From contig JARFYF010000046.1 of the NCBI GenBank assembly GCA_030265395.1, positions 23,136,391 through 23,199,197 of the forward strand: a stretch of 62,807 nt of DNA. Direction: 5' to 3'. The DNA is from Rhina ancylostomus (lineage: Eukaryota). Shown here in pieces: positions 13,172 to 26,400 of the stretch. A program made the position numbers and the translations under genes. Within the stretch, counting starts at the first letter, position 1. Every line of letters starts with the position of its first letter. A model generated the notes under the pieces. The model saw nothing but the letters and a program-made list of their open reading frames with translations. It searched no databases and was not told the DNA's origin.

Positions 13172-13944
13172 CTCCAAAATAAGAACGGACAAAGTGTGTG
13201 TCACCTTTACTCGGACAGCTCTTTCACACGTTGGTTATCACTGACTTTCTCTACTTTTCGTTGTGCTACCTTACACACTTAACAGCAATCGATTACAAGC
13301 TGGCCCACAAAAAGAGAACATAAAATATTTTAATTTCGTTGCCAGCCGCTGCCTATTAGCTCCCTCTTTCCCTTGAGATTGCTTGCCTGCTCTTCCGTCA
13401 GCAGAAAGCAAGCTGGTCATGGTCCATTAGTTCTGAGGTTACCGGGCACTTCAGTGCTGCTTCACTCTGTGACTCAGCTACGCAACATGTTCTCACCCAG
13501 TTACCAGTGGAACACCAGATTGGTTTTGTAAAAGGCCGCGGCGATGGGACGGAGATGACACATGATGGGACCTCATGAAATGCAGGAACTCACTCTGACT
13601 GGAAGCACACACATAAAAACAGCTCACTCTCAGATGTGCCTATTGAATCTGAACAATAGTGGCTGAATGTAGGAAATGTTTCCTTCCGCATTGCGGGTCA
13701 GAGACATTTGGCACGTTTCTCATGCACTTGCAGAGGTTTCCCTGAACCAAAGTGATAATAGGGGGGGAAAAAAACCGGGTGTGGTGGGGGAAGATGGACC
13801 TGACGACACAGGGCGATGAAACATCGTCTGAGGGTCACTCAGAATGGAAGAGTTGTGTCAATCCGTTTAAAAAGAGTGGAAGAGGCGGGGAACTATAACT
13901 TAAACACAAGTTAAGGGAAGTTAGTTAGTGGGATTTTTTTCGGG

Positions 13945-14260
13945 ACCTGGGCATTGTTGACAAAGCCACCACTAATTGGTCTTGAATTGAACCGTTTTCC
14001 AAGCCATTTCAGAAGCAGTGAAGAGTCCACCCCATCCTCTGGCTCGAGAGTAACACATGAGCAGTAGATACAAGACAGCGGACCCTCCACCCCAAAGGAC
14101 ATTAGTTGGGCTTTTAGGTTTGGTTCGTTATATCGTCTCCATTCTTGACACTAGCAATTTTTTTTGCAAATTTATTTAATTAATTACCCTGCCGTCATGG
14201 TGGGACTTGAACTCTAGCAAGCAAATCATTAGTCCAGACTTGAATTACTCAGAACGTAAG
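13945..14260 (-). mobile_element. tRNA-head SINE-like repeat (family also at 35860, 51985, 55495)
   Basis: Shared core aaggacattagt and a B-box-like GAGTTCAAGTCCC on the minus strand. Confidence 0.55.
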
Positions 14261-16084
14261 CCGATCAAAGGCAGTGAAGGGTAGATCATGTCTGGTGAAC
14301 AGTGGACAGTGAATTTCTTGAGCAGGGCATGATGGATCAGTGACTGTCCATGGGCATTTCCTGGATGGATTTTCATAAGGCATTTAATAAGATTTTCCAT
14401 GAGAGATAATTAAAATGTACGTGCATAATGGGTGATGTCCTTATGTGTTGATAATTGGCCAATAAGACTGAAACCGAGAACCACTTCTGCCTTGTGAAGT
14501 GTGGCAAACTAGTTATCCAAGGATCTGTACTTGGACTTAAATAATTATGATAAAGTAACAAAATGTTAGGAGGAAAGGTTATTGTATGCAACTAAGAGCA
14601 GGGAGACAAAGGTAAAGTCAGACAAAAATAAGCAGACAAAAGTGTGGAAGATGGTTCAAGGATACACAGTCTATGGCCTGTTCTTGTAGCAACAGTATCT
14701 TCAGGCTAAAAGTAATTAAATCACCCCTTAACCAAAAACCCAAGGCTGCTTTAGCATTGTGAATGCATTGCACAACAAGAGTCATCACTTTCAGAGGTAG
14801 AGCGTTAGAGGGACTTAAATACACATCTAAAATGCAGATATCCACTCTGATTTGAAATTTGACAATTAATTGTAAGTGCAATTGTTAATTGCACAAAATT
14901 TGGTAGAGCAAGAGTGAAACAGATTGTGGATTCTTTTGCACCTGATTTTAATCGCTCGGTACAATTTGTGCAGCAAACGCTCATATATCATGTCCAGATA
15001 ATATCTGAGAGCTGTCCCCTGAGATCCACGAGGTAATTGGTTTGACCTTTGAAGTGACCTTTTCCTTAGCAACGGTTGAATGCATACAAACTTTCTGCAT
15101 CTTAATCTCCTAGAACCAGGAAAGAGGTTTGGATCACAAGTGGCTTGTAAAAAGAACATTTGACAATTTTTAAAAAAATATGTAATATCTCCACTGAGGA
15201 TAATCATCAGGCGAAGGTACTTCCTGTCAGTAAATGTTTACTGTTCAAGAGGAATTAGGGATAATAATTTCAAAATATACTTATATTAGCCAAAAGCAAC
15301 TGCATGTTCTTCTATCTCCTCATTAAATCAGAAGCAAAGAAGAAATAAACATGGTACATTTAAAGTATCAGAACTTGTGGTATAGCATTAACAAAGTGCC
15401 TAATATTAGTGAAGCATAATTTTTCAAAGTAGACATTATGAGTTATATTTTAAGATGCTCATGAAAGTATTCACAGATGAAGGAAAGAAACATAATAAAA
15501 AAATAGCCTTTCTCTGGCCCCCCCTCCTGACCTTAGGTCAGCTCTAAGCACTTAATAGTATAGTTCCGCTTGGGTATAAAAATAAAACTCAACCAGACCA
15601 GGGCTGTTCCTATCTGAGGCCAAGGACTTAGATCTTTTTGACACCCCATCCAACTCAACCCCGGCACATAGCTGAGTTGCTGACTTAGGGTGTCAGTGTG
15701 AACACTGGTCCTGGACCACTGTGCTCACCTGTCTTCCTGGCTCAGAGCTCTGCCCAGCCTCAGTTAGTGCATCTTCCTTCCCAGGTTCACCAATACATGC
15801 AGCCTCTCCCCTGAATACATCACACACATCATCAACCAGCAATGAAATCAAACAGGGGTGATGTTTAACTTCACTTACCAAGAGTTGGATGGACCTGATC
15901 CGACCTGTGCCCAAGGATTTATAAATTTTGTCTAAGCCAACTGGGCATATGCATTCGGGACCTGTCCAACTCAGCACTGCATCACAGTCAATGAAGCATG
16001 TCTGACATGTAGTCACTGTTATATTCTATGGCATGATGGATTACAAGGAGTGTATAATCCCAATGATTCAGAGGATTTTACAGA

Positions 16085-16395
16085 GTGGACATAGAGAGGT
16101 TGTTTCTTCTTGTGGGAGACTTTAGAACTAGGGGTCACTGTTTAAAAGTAAGGGGTCAACTATTCAAGATGGAGATGATGTTAAATTCTTTTTCTCAAAG
16201 GGTCACAAATCTTTGGAACTTCTCTTCCTCAAAGAAGCAAAGTCTTTGAATATGTTTAATGCAGAGGTAGATAGATTTGTGATAGGCAAAGGGTAAAGGG
16301 TTAGTAGGGGTGGCTGGGAATGCAGAGCTGAGCCACAATCTTATTAAATGATGGAGTAGGCTGAGGAGCCCACTCCTGCTCCTAACTCCTCTGGT
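16085..16395 (+). mobile_element. CR1 LINE 3' fragment
   Basis: Homologous in reverse complement to 62295-62675 (agaactaggggtca...gcagaggtagatagatt). Confidence 0.7.
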
Positions 16396-18412
16396 CAACT
16401 GTGTGGGAAGAAGTATTGCTTATGTTGCTTTGTGGTTGACTGGAGATTTAGATTGTTTCAGAAAATAAAACACTGATCCTTCTTTTGTAAGCATTGAATC
16501 TAAAGCATATGATGCGCCATATGTTTCTTCCACATGTCTTCTAGAAGTGTTATACAGGGAATGAAACAGGCTAGTGTATAGCATCAGCCCAGTTCAAAAG
16601 GCTAAGAAGCAATAGTGCAAAGCAAGCTACAATACCCAATGAAGAAAACAGAAAATGTTGGGAAAACTCAGCGGGCCAGACTCCTTTGATAAGAGTAAAC
16701 AAAGTTCATCAACCTGAAATTATTTGAGAGGGATAATCTGACATAATTTAAGAATATGAAAAGTCCACAACTTTGTACAACAATTAATTTGTCATACAAC
16801 ATGAATGGTAATTACAGTTGTTGGAGGGAATGAAGGGGAAAGGAATTGAGAGTTGGATTAATTTAGTTCATCATTATATATGTATTTTAGGAATGGTAAG
16901 ATTTCAAATAAGTGGATCAAAATATGGAAGCCTATGAGACAACTGTCTTGCTTTTGCAAAGTAATATATATCCAATGCAAATAACAATAGCAAATAAGTC
17001 ATTGGAGAAAATTTGGCTGTGCTAACATGAATTTCTTGTACATTTTAGAGTACATTTTTAATAAGGAATATGAGGATCAAATATTATAATAGGATTGTAG
17101 AAATTGTGGGATTCGAGCCATATTAAGTGAACTGTGCAGGATGATTCACAGAGAAATGCAACTAGCATCAAGAGGAGAGGCTTGAGATGCTTGGACTATT
17201 GTCACTGGAGCAGTGAATGCTCAGAGGCTTTTATTTGGATAAATATAGAAATTGTGATAAGCAGATATTCTTTTAAAACAGGGAAGCTTCAGGTTATGGG
17301 AGAGTTAGGTGGTAGAAGTAGTTTGCAATTAGATTAATATAGAACAGATACAGTAAGCTTAATAGACCCTTTGTGTGTTGAAACTTTTATACACCAAGGA
17401 GATTTACCAAGTATTTAACATATTATTTTGACAGTGCTAAGAGCATTGGATGATGTAGGTAAAAAAAAATGTCCATCTATCATGTCACTGGATTAGTTAT
17501 CATCTACTTTCATAATTCTGATTGCCCCTTAAATTTCCAGTAGCTTTGAATTTAATACAGCAGGTGTAATTGAAGAAGCCCACATGGCCGCATATCTAAG
17601 TCTGATATTCAATGAATACTATTAATTCTGATGATAGAACATATGCCCTGCAAAATTTTCATTTCATTAATGTTAGGTTCTAGATCTCAGCTAGTAGCTG
17701 CCCGAGCAATGCATTGGCATTGGCATTGAGAATAAAATTAATCATCCAGATGATAGTATTTTGAGATAACATGGTTCTCCCTGTCAGGCTTCATTAGTTG
17801 TTACAGTATTTCCATGATGCTGACTTGCCATTAGAGTTTCAACATAAGTGCTCAGTTCAAGACATTTGGAAAATCTTGCCTTGGACACAAGCAAAGGCCA
17901 ATAAGCTGCCTCAAACCTTTTGGAAGGCTATTACCCATCAGGGGAAAAGGTTAGAAGTACAGGGTTTGACATTTATGACAGAGGAAAGAGTTCAATAAAA
18001 AGCCCTTGAGGAATAAAATAATCACTGAGCTCCCGGGCTACAGGGAGATTTAGCTTCACTTCAGTACCAAGGCATTGAAATCATTCTTTAATTAAACCCA
18101 TTAACTGAATACATAGCTATAATAGGTGCAAAAAATTCCTTTCTTTTACAATGTTGTTGTCCCCATCTATTGCTCCGATCAGAATTAACATTTGGCTTGA
18201 TCAGAAAAAAAAGGAGGCTGTTACAATGAATTCCGAGAGCACATGCGACAGCAGGAAAATAAAGACAAATAATGTAACATAAAAAACACCAAAACTGATC
18301 AAATGAGGATGAGCTGCACAAACAGCAAACATCATCTTACCACCAGTAACACCTCAGTGATACTGCTTAACATGAGAAGGTGGAATTGTAGAGTATCATC
18401 AAACTACAAAAT

Positions 18413-18925
18413 TCATAGAGTCATATAGCATGGAAACTGGCCCTTCGGCCCAACTGGTCCATGCCAACTGTGTTGCCCAGCAAGCTCATCCCATCTGNNN
18501 NNNNNNNNNNNNNNNNNNNNNNNNNNNNNNNNNNNNNNNNNNNNNNNNNNNNNNNNNNNNNNNNNNNNNNNNNNNNNNNNNNNNNNNNNNNNNNNNNNNN
18601 NNNNNNNNNNNNNNNNNNNNNNNNNNNNNNNNNNNNNNNNNNNNNNNNNNNNNNNNNNNNNNNNNNNNNNNNNNNNNNNNNNNNNNNNNNNNNNNNNNNN
18701 NNNNNNNNNNNNNNNNNNNNNNNNNNNNNNNNNNNNNNNNNNNNNNNNNNNNNNNNNNNNNNNNNNNNNNNNNNNNNNNNNNNNNNNNNNNNNNNNNNNN
18801 NNNNNNNNNNNNNNNNNNNNNNNNNNNNNNNNNNNNNNNNNNNNNNNNNNNTCAGGCCCCAAGTCCAGGCAACATGCTGGTAAATCTTTTCTGCACTCTT
18901 TCTGGTTTAATAACATCTTTCCTAG
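18413..18925 (-). mobile_element. CR1 LINE 3' fragment spanning a gap
   Basis: CR1 3' tail (catagagtcatatagcatggaaactggcccttcggccca) plus an ORF2 remnant on the far side of the gap. Confidence 0.7.
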
Positions 18926-19404
18926 TAATTTAATGCACATGTGAACATCACAATACTGGAAAAAAATACACACAAAGAATCACTGTATTACTGAGGGCTG
19001 TTTAAAATGGACAAATCTTCCTAGGTTTAACTTGCTCTTACAATGGCTTAGTTGTATTTTCCTTATTATAGATTTTAAGCTTTGCAAACCAGAATGCACA
19101 AAAAATCCATCAGCATCTTGTGAGCAGAAATTACTCTTTCTACAATAAACTCAAGAGTCAGGTGCTGTTAAAGTAGTTTTGCAACTGAACAGTGAAGAGT
19201 TATTTAGCTTTCCATTGCTAAACTTGAACTGATAGTGTTGCATTAACAGTGGTTGTAAGTGGCCCATGGAGATCTTACATGTGAGTACTCATCACTATTT
19301 TTTCAGGCTGCCAGGCCTCTGAGAAAAACAGTAGAATAAAGACCCACAGGATGCAATAAAGGGTTATGAGCCACAAAATATATTTTTTTAGGTCTATTCT
19401 TCAA

Positions 19405-20080
19405 CGTGAGTGTACAGTTTTGGTCACACTATTATAGGAAAGATGTCATTAAGCTGGACAGAGTGCAAAGAAGATTTACAAAAATNNNNNNNNNNNNNNN
19501 NNNNNNNNNNNNNNNNNNNNNNNNNNNNNNNNNNNNNNNNNNNNNNNNNNNNNNNNNNNNNNNNNNNNNNNNNNNNNNNNNNNNNTTGGTCACACTATTA
19601 TAGGAAAGATGTCATTAAGCTGGAAAGAGTGCAAAGAAGATTTACAAAAATGTTGCCAGGAATTGAGGGCCTGAGTGATAGGGAGAGGTTGGGCAGGCCA
19701 GGGCAACATTTCTTAGAATGTAGGAGATTGAGGGGTGACCTTGTAGAGGTGTATAAAATCATGACGGTGAACACACATACACAGAAAGAAAATCAAAAAC
19801 TAGAGGGCATAGGTTTAAGGTGAGAAGGGAAAGAATTAAAAAGGAACCTGAGGGCAACTTTTGTGGTGCGTATATGGAGCGAGCTGCCAGAGCAAGTAGT
19901 TGAGGCAGGTACAACAACAACATTTAAAAGGCATTTGGGTAAATACATGGATAGGAATGGTTTAGAAGGAAATGGGACAAATGCAGGCAAATGGGATTAG
20001 CTTAGTTGGGCACCTTGGTCAGCATGGACAAGATGGGCTGAAGGGCCTGTTTCCATGCTGTATTACTCTGTGACTCTATA
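19405..20080 (+). mobile_element. CR1 LINE 3' fragment
   Basis: VQFWSHYYRKDVIKLERVQRRFTKMLPG...RRLRGDLVEVYKIM, with the 3' tail gggcctgtttccatgctgta...gactctat. Confidence 0.85.
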
Positions 20081-21039
20081 AGATATTTGAAAATAGAGAC
20101 ACATGGTGATTAATTATTTTTTTGCAAAATGTCAGATTACTTGCATGTTTTTTAACTTTATTACTGTATAGTATTACAAGTAAGCAATTAAGACACCCCT
20201 AATTCAAAACTAATACTCAATTGTATGTGTGCACGTGTTTTTTTAAATATTGCAATGCAAAGTACTGCTCTCCTGCCAGAATATTCCATTAGCATAGACC
20301 CATTTTCCTTTTACTCTTTACAACAGGAGCAAGTGGATGTGTGGCTGAGAGCTGGTGATAAATTCTAACATAAAGGTAGCATGGAAAACTACCATAAACA
20401 ACACTGTCAACATTTTTATTTGCACAAAGCAGAAGCATTAACAACAGAGAGTTCAATGCATACAGGGCCTTGTGCACACAACAGCGTTCTGCACTTTCAG
20501 CCGAGCCATTAAATGTAAATGCTTTTAACTGCACAGTCAGACTAATAAAGTTGCAGAGATAGGAGCTGCTTATTAGCTGTCCGATGAGCAATTTAGCATT
20601 AGTGATGATACATTCCAATTGGCTGCACTGATATGGTTTCTAGGTAAATTTATTTGCTAACAATTGTGCTTTTCAAATAACTTGCTGCAATTTCTTTATT
20701 GGACTGTGAAGGGACTCAATTCATACTTATGGGGGGGGGTCAACTTATGAGGGTGCCCACTTTTGGCAGTAATTCATAGAATTACAAACAAGCAACTAAC
20801 TGCACAGAAAAGGCCATTCAATCCACCTGGTTATTGCTTGCATCCATGCTTCACATGAGCCTCTTACCACTCCTCTTTATCTAAGCCTAGCACCATAGCT
20901 TTCTGTTCCTTTCTCCTCATGTTTATTTCAGCTAATTGCCTCAACTGCTCTTTGTGGTAGTGCATTCAGTATTCTCACCATTTTCTGGTTAGAGACATGT
21001 CCCTTGAAATCCCTATTTTGTTTATTAAAGCCTATTTTA

Positions 21040-21720
21040 TAGATAGAGTCATAGAATCATACAGCATTGAAACAGGCCATTTGGCACAACTCATCCTCAC
21101 CGACCAGTGGGCACCCTTCTGTAGTAATCTCATCTCCTAGTGGTTGGTCCTTTGCCTTCTATGCCTGGGTAATTCAGACACTTCTTAAATGCTGTCAGTG
21201 ACCCAACTTCAAGCACTCTCTCACGCAGTGCATTCCAGGCACTTACCACTCTCTGGGCGAAGAAGGTCCCCCTCATATCCCCTCTAAATCTCTTCCCCCT
21301 TACTCTAAATCGATGTCCTCCAGTTGTATCTAGCTCTGATATGGGGAGAAGTTTCCTGCAGTCTACCCTATCCATACCCCTCATAATTTTATATACCTCA
21401 CTCATGTCCCCTCTTAACTTCCTCTGCTCAAGGGAGAACCGACATAGCTTCTCCAGTCTCTCCTTATAACTGAACTGCTCCATCCCAGGGAACATCCTGG
21501 TGAATCCTCTCTGCACCCTGCCCAATNNNNNNNNNNNNNNNNNNNNNNNNNNNNNNNNNNNNNNNNNNNNNNNNNNNNNNNNNNNNNNNNNNNNNNNNNN
21601 NNNNNNNNNNNNNNNNNNNTCCCTGCTTCTGTATTCAGTGCCCTGACTAATGAAGGCCAGTATCCTATACGCATGCCTAGCCATGTTATCTGCCTATCAA
21701 GGATCTATGGACTTGTACTC
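21040..21720 (-). mobile_element. CR1 LINE 3' fragment
   Basis: ORF 21130..21684: RVQRGFTRMFPG...KLRGDMSEVYKIMRGMDRVD...FFAQRVVSAWNAL. Confidence 0.85.
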
Positions 21721-22528
21721 CATGGTTCCTCTGTTCCTACCATTCATGGTGTTATGCCCCAGTGCTCCCAAAGTGCATCCCCTCACATTTGTTTTAATTT
21801 TAAACTAAAACTTGTCACCAGTTTTAGTTTTCACTGTAAGCATCTTCTCAGACCTTTTTTGTAATCTTAAAGCCCCTGAAGGGACCTCAGTTAACCCTTT
21901 ACCAGAGAATTAAGCAGTGGCCCCTTCAGAGAAGTGTAGACAGAGCCGGCCTACATCATTCAATGTGAGCAAGATTATAAATGAAAATTAAACATTTGTG
22001 TTTCCTGACCAATGTATTTCCATATCCCATTGAAATATGTAATCATCACATATCCTTTAATACCGTGTACATCCCACATTTGCAGTCTCCATTACAAAGA
22101 GGAACTAAAGGTTATTAACTGCGTCTCATATTTTTTGTGACAGATGTTTTGCCTTCATAAACTTAATGGAGCTGTTAATAACTCTCTATCTTCCACGAAA
22201 TAAATCCAATAGATGATGTATATTGGACCCACTTCTAAAATGTTCGCGCCATCCTTTTGTACACATTAGGAGATAAAATAACAATTTGGCTCCCCAACAT
22301 CGACTGGAATGGGGAGAGCACGCAATTCCTCGCCTGGAGTATAATTTCATTCCCTGCTGGCTTTTGTCTGACAGTTACACGAGTCAAAGCATGAATAAGC
22401 TGCCCGTTATTTAGTTTATATTTGCTCACAGTCACATCGAGCAGATTTCACTCCAAATCATTACGTGCCGTNNNNNNNNNNNNNNNNNNNNNNNNNNNNN
22501 NNNNNNNNNNNNNNNNNNNNNNNNNNNN

Positions 22529-22732
22529 CGTTGGAAATGTTGGGATGTGCGGCACATCCACGATCTTCAAGTCGTACATGGTATCATCCAGGATCACGGA
22601 GGGTCTGTGAACGTACCTGCTTGTGGTTGGCGTGTACACTTGGCTGAAATCGTTGTAAAGAAATTGTCGGATTATGGCTGTTTTACCCACTCCGGGAGAA
22701 CCAAGCACGACGATGGTAAAGGTGCCGACCAT
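22529..22732 (-). CDS. RASL10A: Ras-like protein family member 10A, coding exon 1 (3' end hidden in N gap 22472-22528)
   Basis: Encodes MVGTFTIVVLGSPGVGKTAIIRQFLYNDFSQVYTPTTSRYVHRPSVILDDTMYDLKIVDVPHIPTFPT, with P-loop GxxxxGKT. The ATG at 22732 is in a strong Kozak context (ACAATGG); an alternative in-frame ATG lies at 22741. Confidence 0.9.
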
Positions 22733-23099
22733 TGTGCACATCTCCCTCTCACTCTCTCGGGATTCTGGCAATCAGACTGAACTAGGGATGGCAGCTCAGA
22801 CTGTGGGCTGTGGACTGCAGACGCCGGTGCTCTCTCCACTCTGTGCCCGAGTCTCTCCCAAGATGATACAAAATGTCTCAGTCCTCTGCTGATTTGCAGA
22901 GTGCTCAAGTCCAGCGAGGAGATGGACCGGGTGAGGAGTCTGTCCAAGTTGGGGCTCCCTTTAACCCCTTAGCTCCGTGTCTCAGGAGTGGAGCCGTTCC
23001 CTGCCCCCGAGAGAGCCGCTTGATGCTTCATTTCTAAACTCAGTGCTGGTCTGCGGAGGATGAGATCGTACTGTGACCTCTCTGCTCTGTTCTTGGGCT

Positions 23100-23190
23100 C
23101 ACTGTAACCACCGCGTCCAAATTCCAGTCGGCTTTATACCGTGTGTGAAATGACTTCAAATAACACAGGGGAACTTTAACACCAATCTCT
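23100..23190 (-). promoter_or_regulatory. Putative RASL10A core promoter
   Basis: TATAAAG on the minus strand at 23132-23138 and CCAAT at 23182-23186, in a CpG-enriched context about 400 bp upstream of the ATG. Confidence 0.45.
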
Positions 23191-23214
23191 TCAGCGGGAA
23201 GATAAGCCAAACGA

Positions 23215-23495
23215 AGATTTACATTGATATAGTGCTTTCCACAACCTCGGGCGTCCCAAAACTCTTTACAACCAATGGTACTGTAGAAAAGGCGGGAGCC
23301 CCTACGCGCACAGCAAGCTCCCACAAATAGAAAAAAAAACATATGAACTAGGTGATCTGGTTTAGCGACTGAGGGATAAATATTGATTAGGACGACTAAG
23401 GTCTATGTCTCTGGCCTTCTTCAACATAGTGCCAATAGATTTTTTGTTACAAGAAGCTAGACAGGGCTTCAGTTTAACATCTTATCTGAAAGAAA
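23215..23495 (-). mobile_element. DeuSINE (SacSINE1/AmnSINE1-like) remnant
   Basis: Minus strand reads ttcagataagatgttaaactgaagccctgtct...aatatttatccctca...gtgggagcttgctgtgcgc...tttgggacgcccgaggttgtggaaagcactata, matching the Deu-domain SINE consensus as recalled. Confidence 0.65.
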
Positions 23496-26400
23496 CTAAC
23501 ATTTAAGTTATTTTAGTTCCGATACAGTGCAATTTTGTCCAGTTAGTAAGAGGCTCTTGTGGTTATTTCTTCCTTACAGATTAAATATTAGTAAAGTGTA
23601 TTCCCAGAACAGATCTTCTGGTTATCTAAAATTGGATGAGATGTTTTTCCTGATGCAGAAAATGGAATCTTTCTGTTTTCAAAAATCACGCATCGGGTCA
23701 TGTCTGTGGCGAGTTCAGCATCATCTATAATTACACATTCTTAACCCATCCTGATTTTAAAGTGGTTAGATATCGGACCCCTCTGTCTTCTCGCATTAAC
23801 TCTCAGCATTTCACTTTTAAAATTACCTTTGATTGTAACGGACTTTTGGCAGGATATGATGCAACGTTCAAAGTGAATTAAACTCCAGGCGCTGGGTTGC
23901 AGAACATCAACTGAGCAGAACACAGCGTGACCCATAATGTATTTCAAAACAAAAACTGCAAGGGAAAGAGCAGGGGTTTGGGAATAATTGAACCCTTCAA
24001 AGGGCTGAATTGCCACAATGGACCAAATGGCCTCTTTCCGTGTAGTTTCATTCCCTGATTTCCTATCTTTCTCCCAATCGTTACTGGGTTCAGGGAACGG
24101 GAATGGGAGAGTAAAGTTATTCATTAGGTCTGTTCGGCATTCATTCCCCTGCAATCTTTATCTTTTACTTCATTGTCAAGCAGGCAGTACACCCCAATTT
24201 TTCTTTTAGTTGTTGACATGTAAAATTTAATTGAATTTGCACAAAATAATGAATAAGGCAAATACCTTTCACTTTGCCATAGGCAACTGTTTTTTCTTTG
24301 CCCTACTGCATTTATTAAGCTTATATTAATTAAATTATTAACAATACCTGAATATAATGCTTGGGCTTTTACTTACGGCTAAAGCTATGACTCATTAATT
24401 TATAAAGGTATCACCATTGTTCCCCCTCTTTAACCATTAATTTCAGTTCCTTGCACTATTATATATATTCACTGCAGCTTCTAAGGTATACCCTGCTGTG
24501 CTCAAATCTTCTACAACTGCTAATGTGGAGATCTTAACAACAAGTAACTATCATGGTTCTGAGCTCTGGCCCTCAATTTGGCTCCTTTAATGCCTTGTTG
24601 TCCAGCACATGGATTCCATGCTGGACTNNNNNNNNNNNNNNNNNNNNNNNNNNNNNNNNNNNNNNNNNNNNNNNNNNNNNNNNNNNNNNNNNNNNNNNNN
24701 NNNNNNNNNNNNNNNNNNNNNNNNNNNCCTGAGGAAGTATCCTGACTCCAGTCTTGTACCAGTGTGCTTCATTTGGGTTCTCTGTGAGCTTGCTCTTTGC
24801 TCAATATTGTGACAGTAACATTGTCTGGACTTCCTTTACAATGTTATCACCAAGTTGTCAAATGTGGACGTGATCAAACTTGCATGCTTTTCTATCTGAT
24901 AACTTCTTTCTGCAAATTTATTAAAACTTTTATACTATTTTGATCCAGCTTACTTTTGTATAATATGTAAGTCCTGGAAGGAAAAATAACAGAAAATATT
25001 GGAAACACTCAGCAGATCAGGCAGCATCTGTGGAGGAAAAAATATGAAGTTAACCATTCAGGTCAATCATTTTCAGATCTGGGAAAGGTTAAGTACATTT
25101 TAGGAATGCAGATAAAAAGGAATGTGAATGAGAGAATAGTAGAGAAGATCAGCAGTTTCATGGGAAGGGGAGTGGCTATTGATGACCAAAGCAGTGGAAA
25201 CACTATCTTCAGAACACCTCTGCCTTCTTTTTTAACCTTTTTACAGGGCTTGACAGGTAAGATGCAGGGATGAGGTTTCTCCCAGCGAGTACATCAGGAA
25301 CCAGGTTCAAAGTCTCAAGGACAGATGTTATACCTTCTGTGGTTCCTTTGAGCATTCTAAAGAAACCATTTCCTCCAGGATTCTTTAGTTCAATACATAG
25401 GTCTCAGCTGTTCACAAAATATATCAATGATTTGGATAGGGGAGTATTTTCAAATTTCTTATGATACCAAACTGGGAAGGATTATAATTGTGAGGAGGAC
25501 ACTACTAACCAGATGGGTTTTTGCAACAATCCAGTTTCTTTTGTCTCCTCTTGACTTTATTCTAGTTTGTTGAAGATAGAATCTCATCCTTCAGATGTCT
25601 AATCACACCTATTGTACAAGAACAAGATCTCTATATCACATTTAGCTGGACTATGAGCTGATAATCACATATGATGTATACTGGACCATGTGAATCTCAA
25701 ATCTTATGTTAAACATGATTTCTCTTTAAATCATTAAAGACACTTTAATCTTTTCATATACTGTGTCAATACTGCAACCAATATTTCAAAAGATGATTGT
25801 CTAGTGATAAAACTATTTGCCCAGAAAAAACATGGAGCTATCTCACAAAACATTAAAATATGACTGAAACTATCTTCATCTAGCATGAGCACCAGAAGCA
25901 ACTTATAGGTCAAAGTTAATTGACGTTAAGTTAGCAATCTCTCTCAGAGCATCCTTAAGACCAGTAACAGAGGACAAAAGTGAACACATAACTTACTTGT
26001 CATGATTGATATCACTCCAAATTTACTCTCCTGCTCAGTGTTCTTCATCTACGTCCCAGCTACATCGTTAAACAAGAAATTAAGAGGACTGTTCTTCCAC
26101 ATTTTCATTAAATAAGAGCAATAATAGCATCAATCTTTTACCATGGGGCCCAGATTTTGGGGTATAACTGTGATGAATAGATTAGCCAGTGCTCCCTGTA
26201 CAACTCTGTTGTGATTTCAACACATGCTTAATTTAACAAAGTTGCTGTCAGTGATTGCTGTTGGCGTTGCTTCACAGACTGCATGATTGCAGCCTTCTCC
26301 GACACCGAGGGAAATTACTTGATTCAACCTGAAATCAACCGTTTCTAAAACTGTCTGGTTGCTAAGTACCCTGAAATCTTATCATCAGTTTATCAGTTGT

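Larger units (their letters stand above)
6632..22732 (-). other. RASL10A: RASL10A gene span (3 coding exons, Ras-like family 10 GTPase)
   Basis: Three exons are consistent with a protein of about 200 aa ending in CAAX. The gene is downstream of and co-oriented with AP1B1, as in human. Confidence 0.85.

Noticed and set aside
19420-19651. Direct repeat with spacer (CRISPR-like or tandem array)
   Set aside because: Eukaryotic DNA; the spacer is a 100-N gap and the unit is a duplicated contig end within a CR1.
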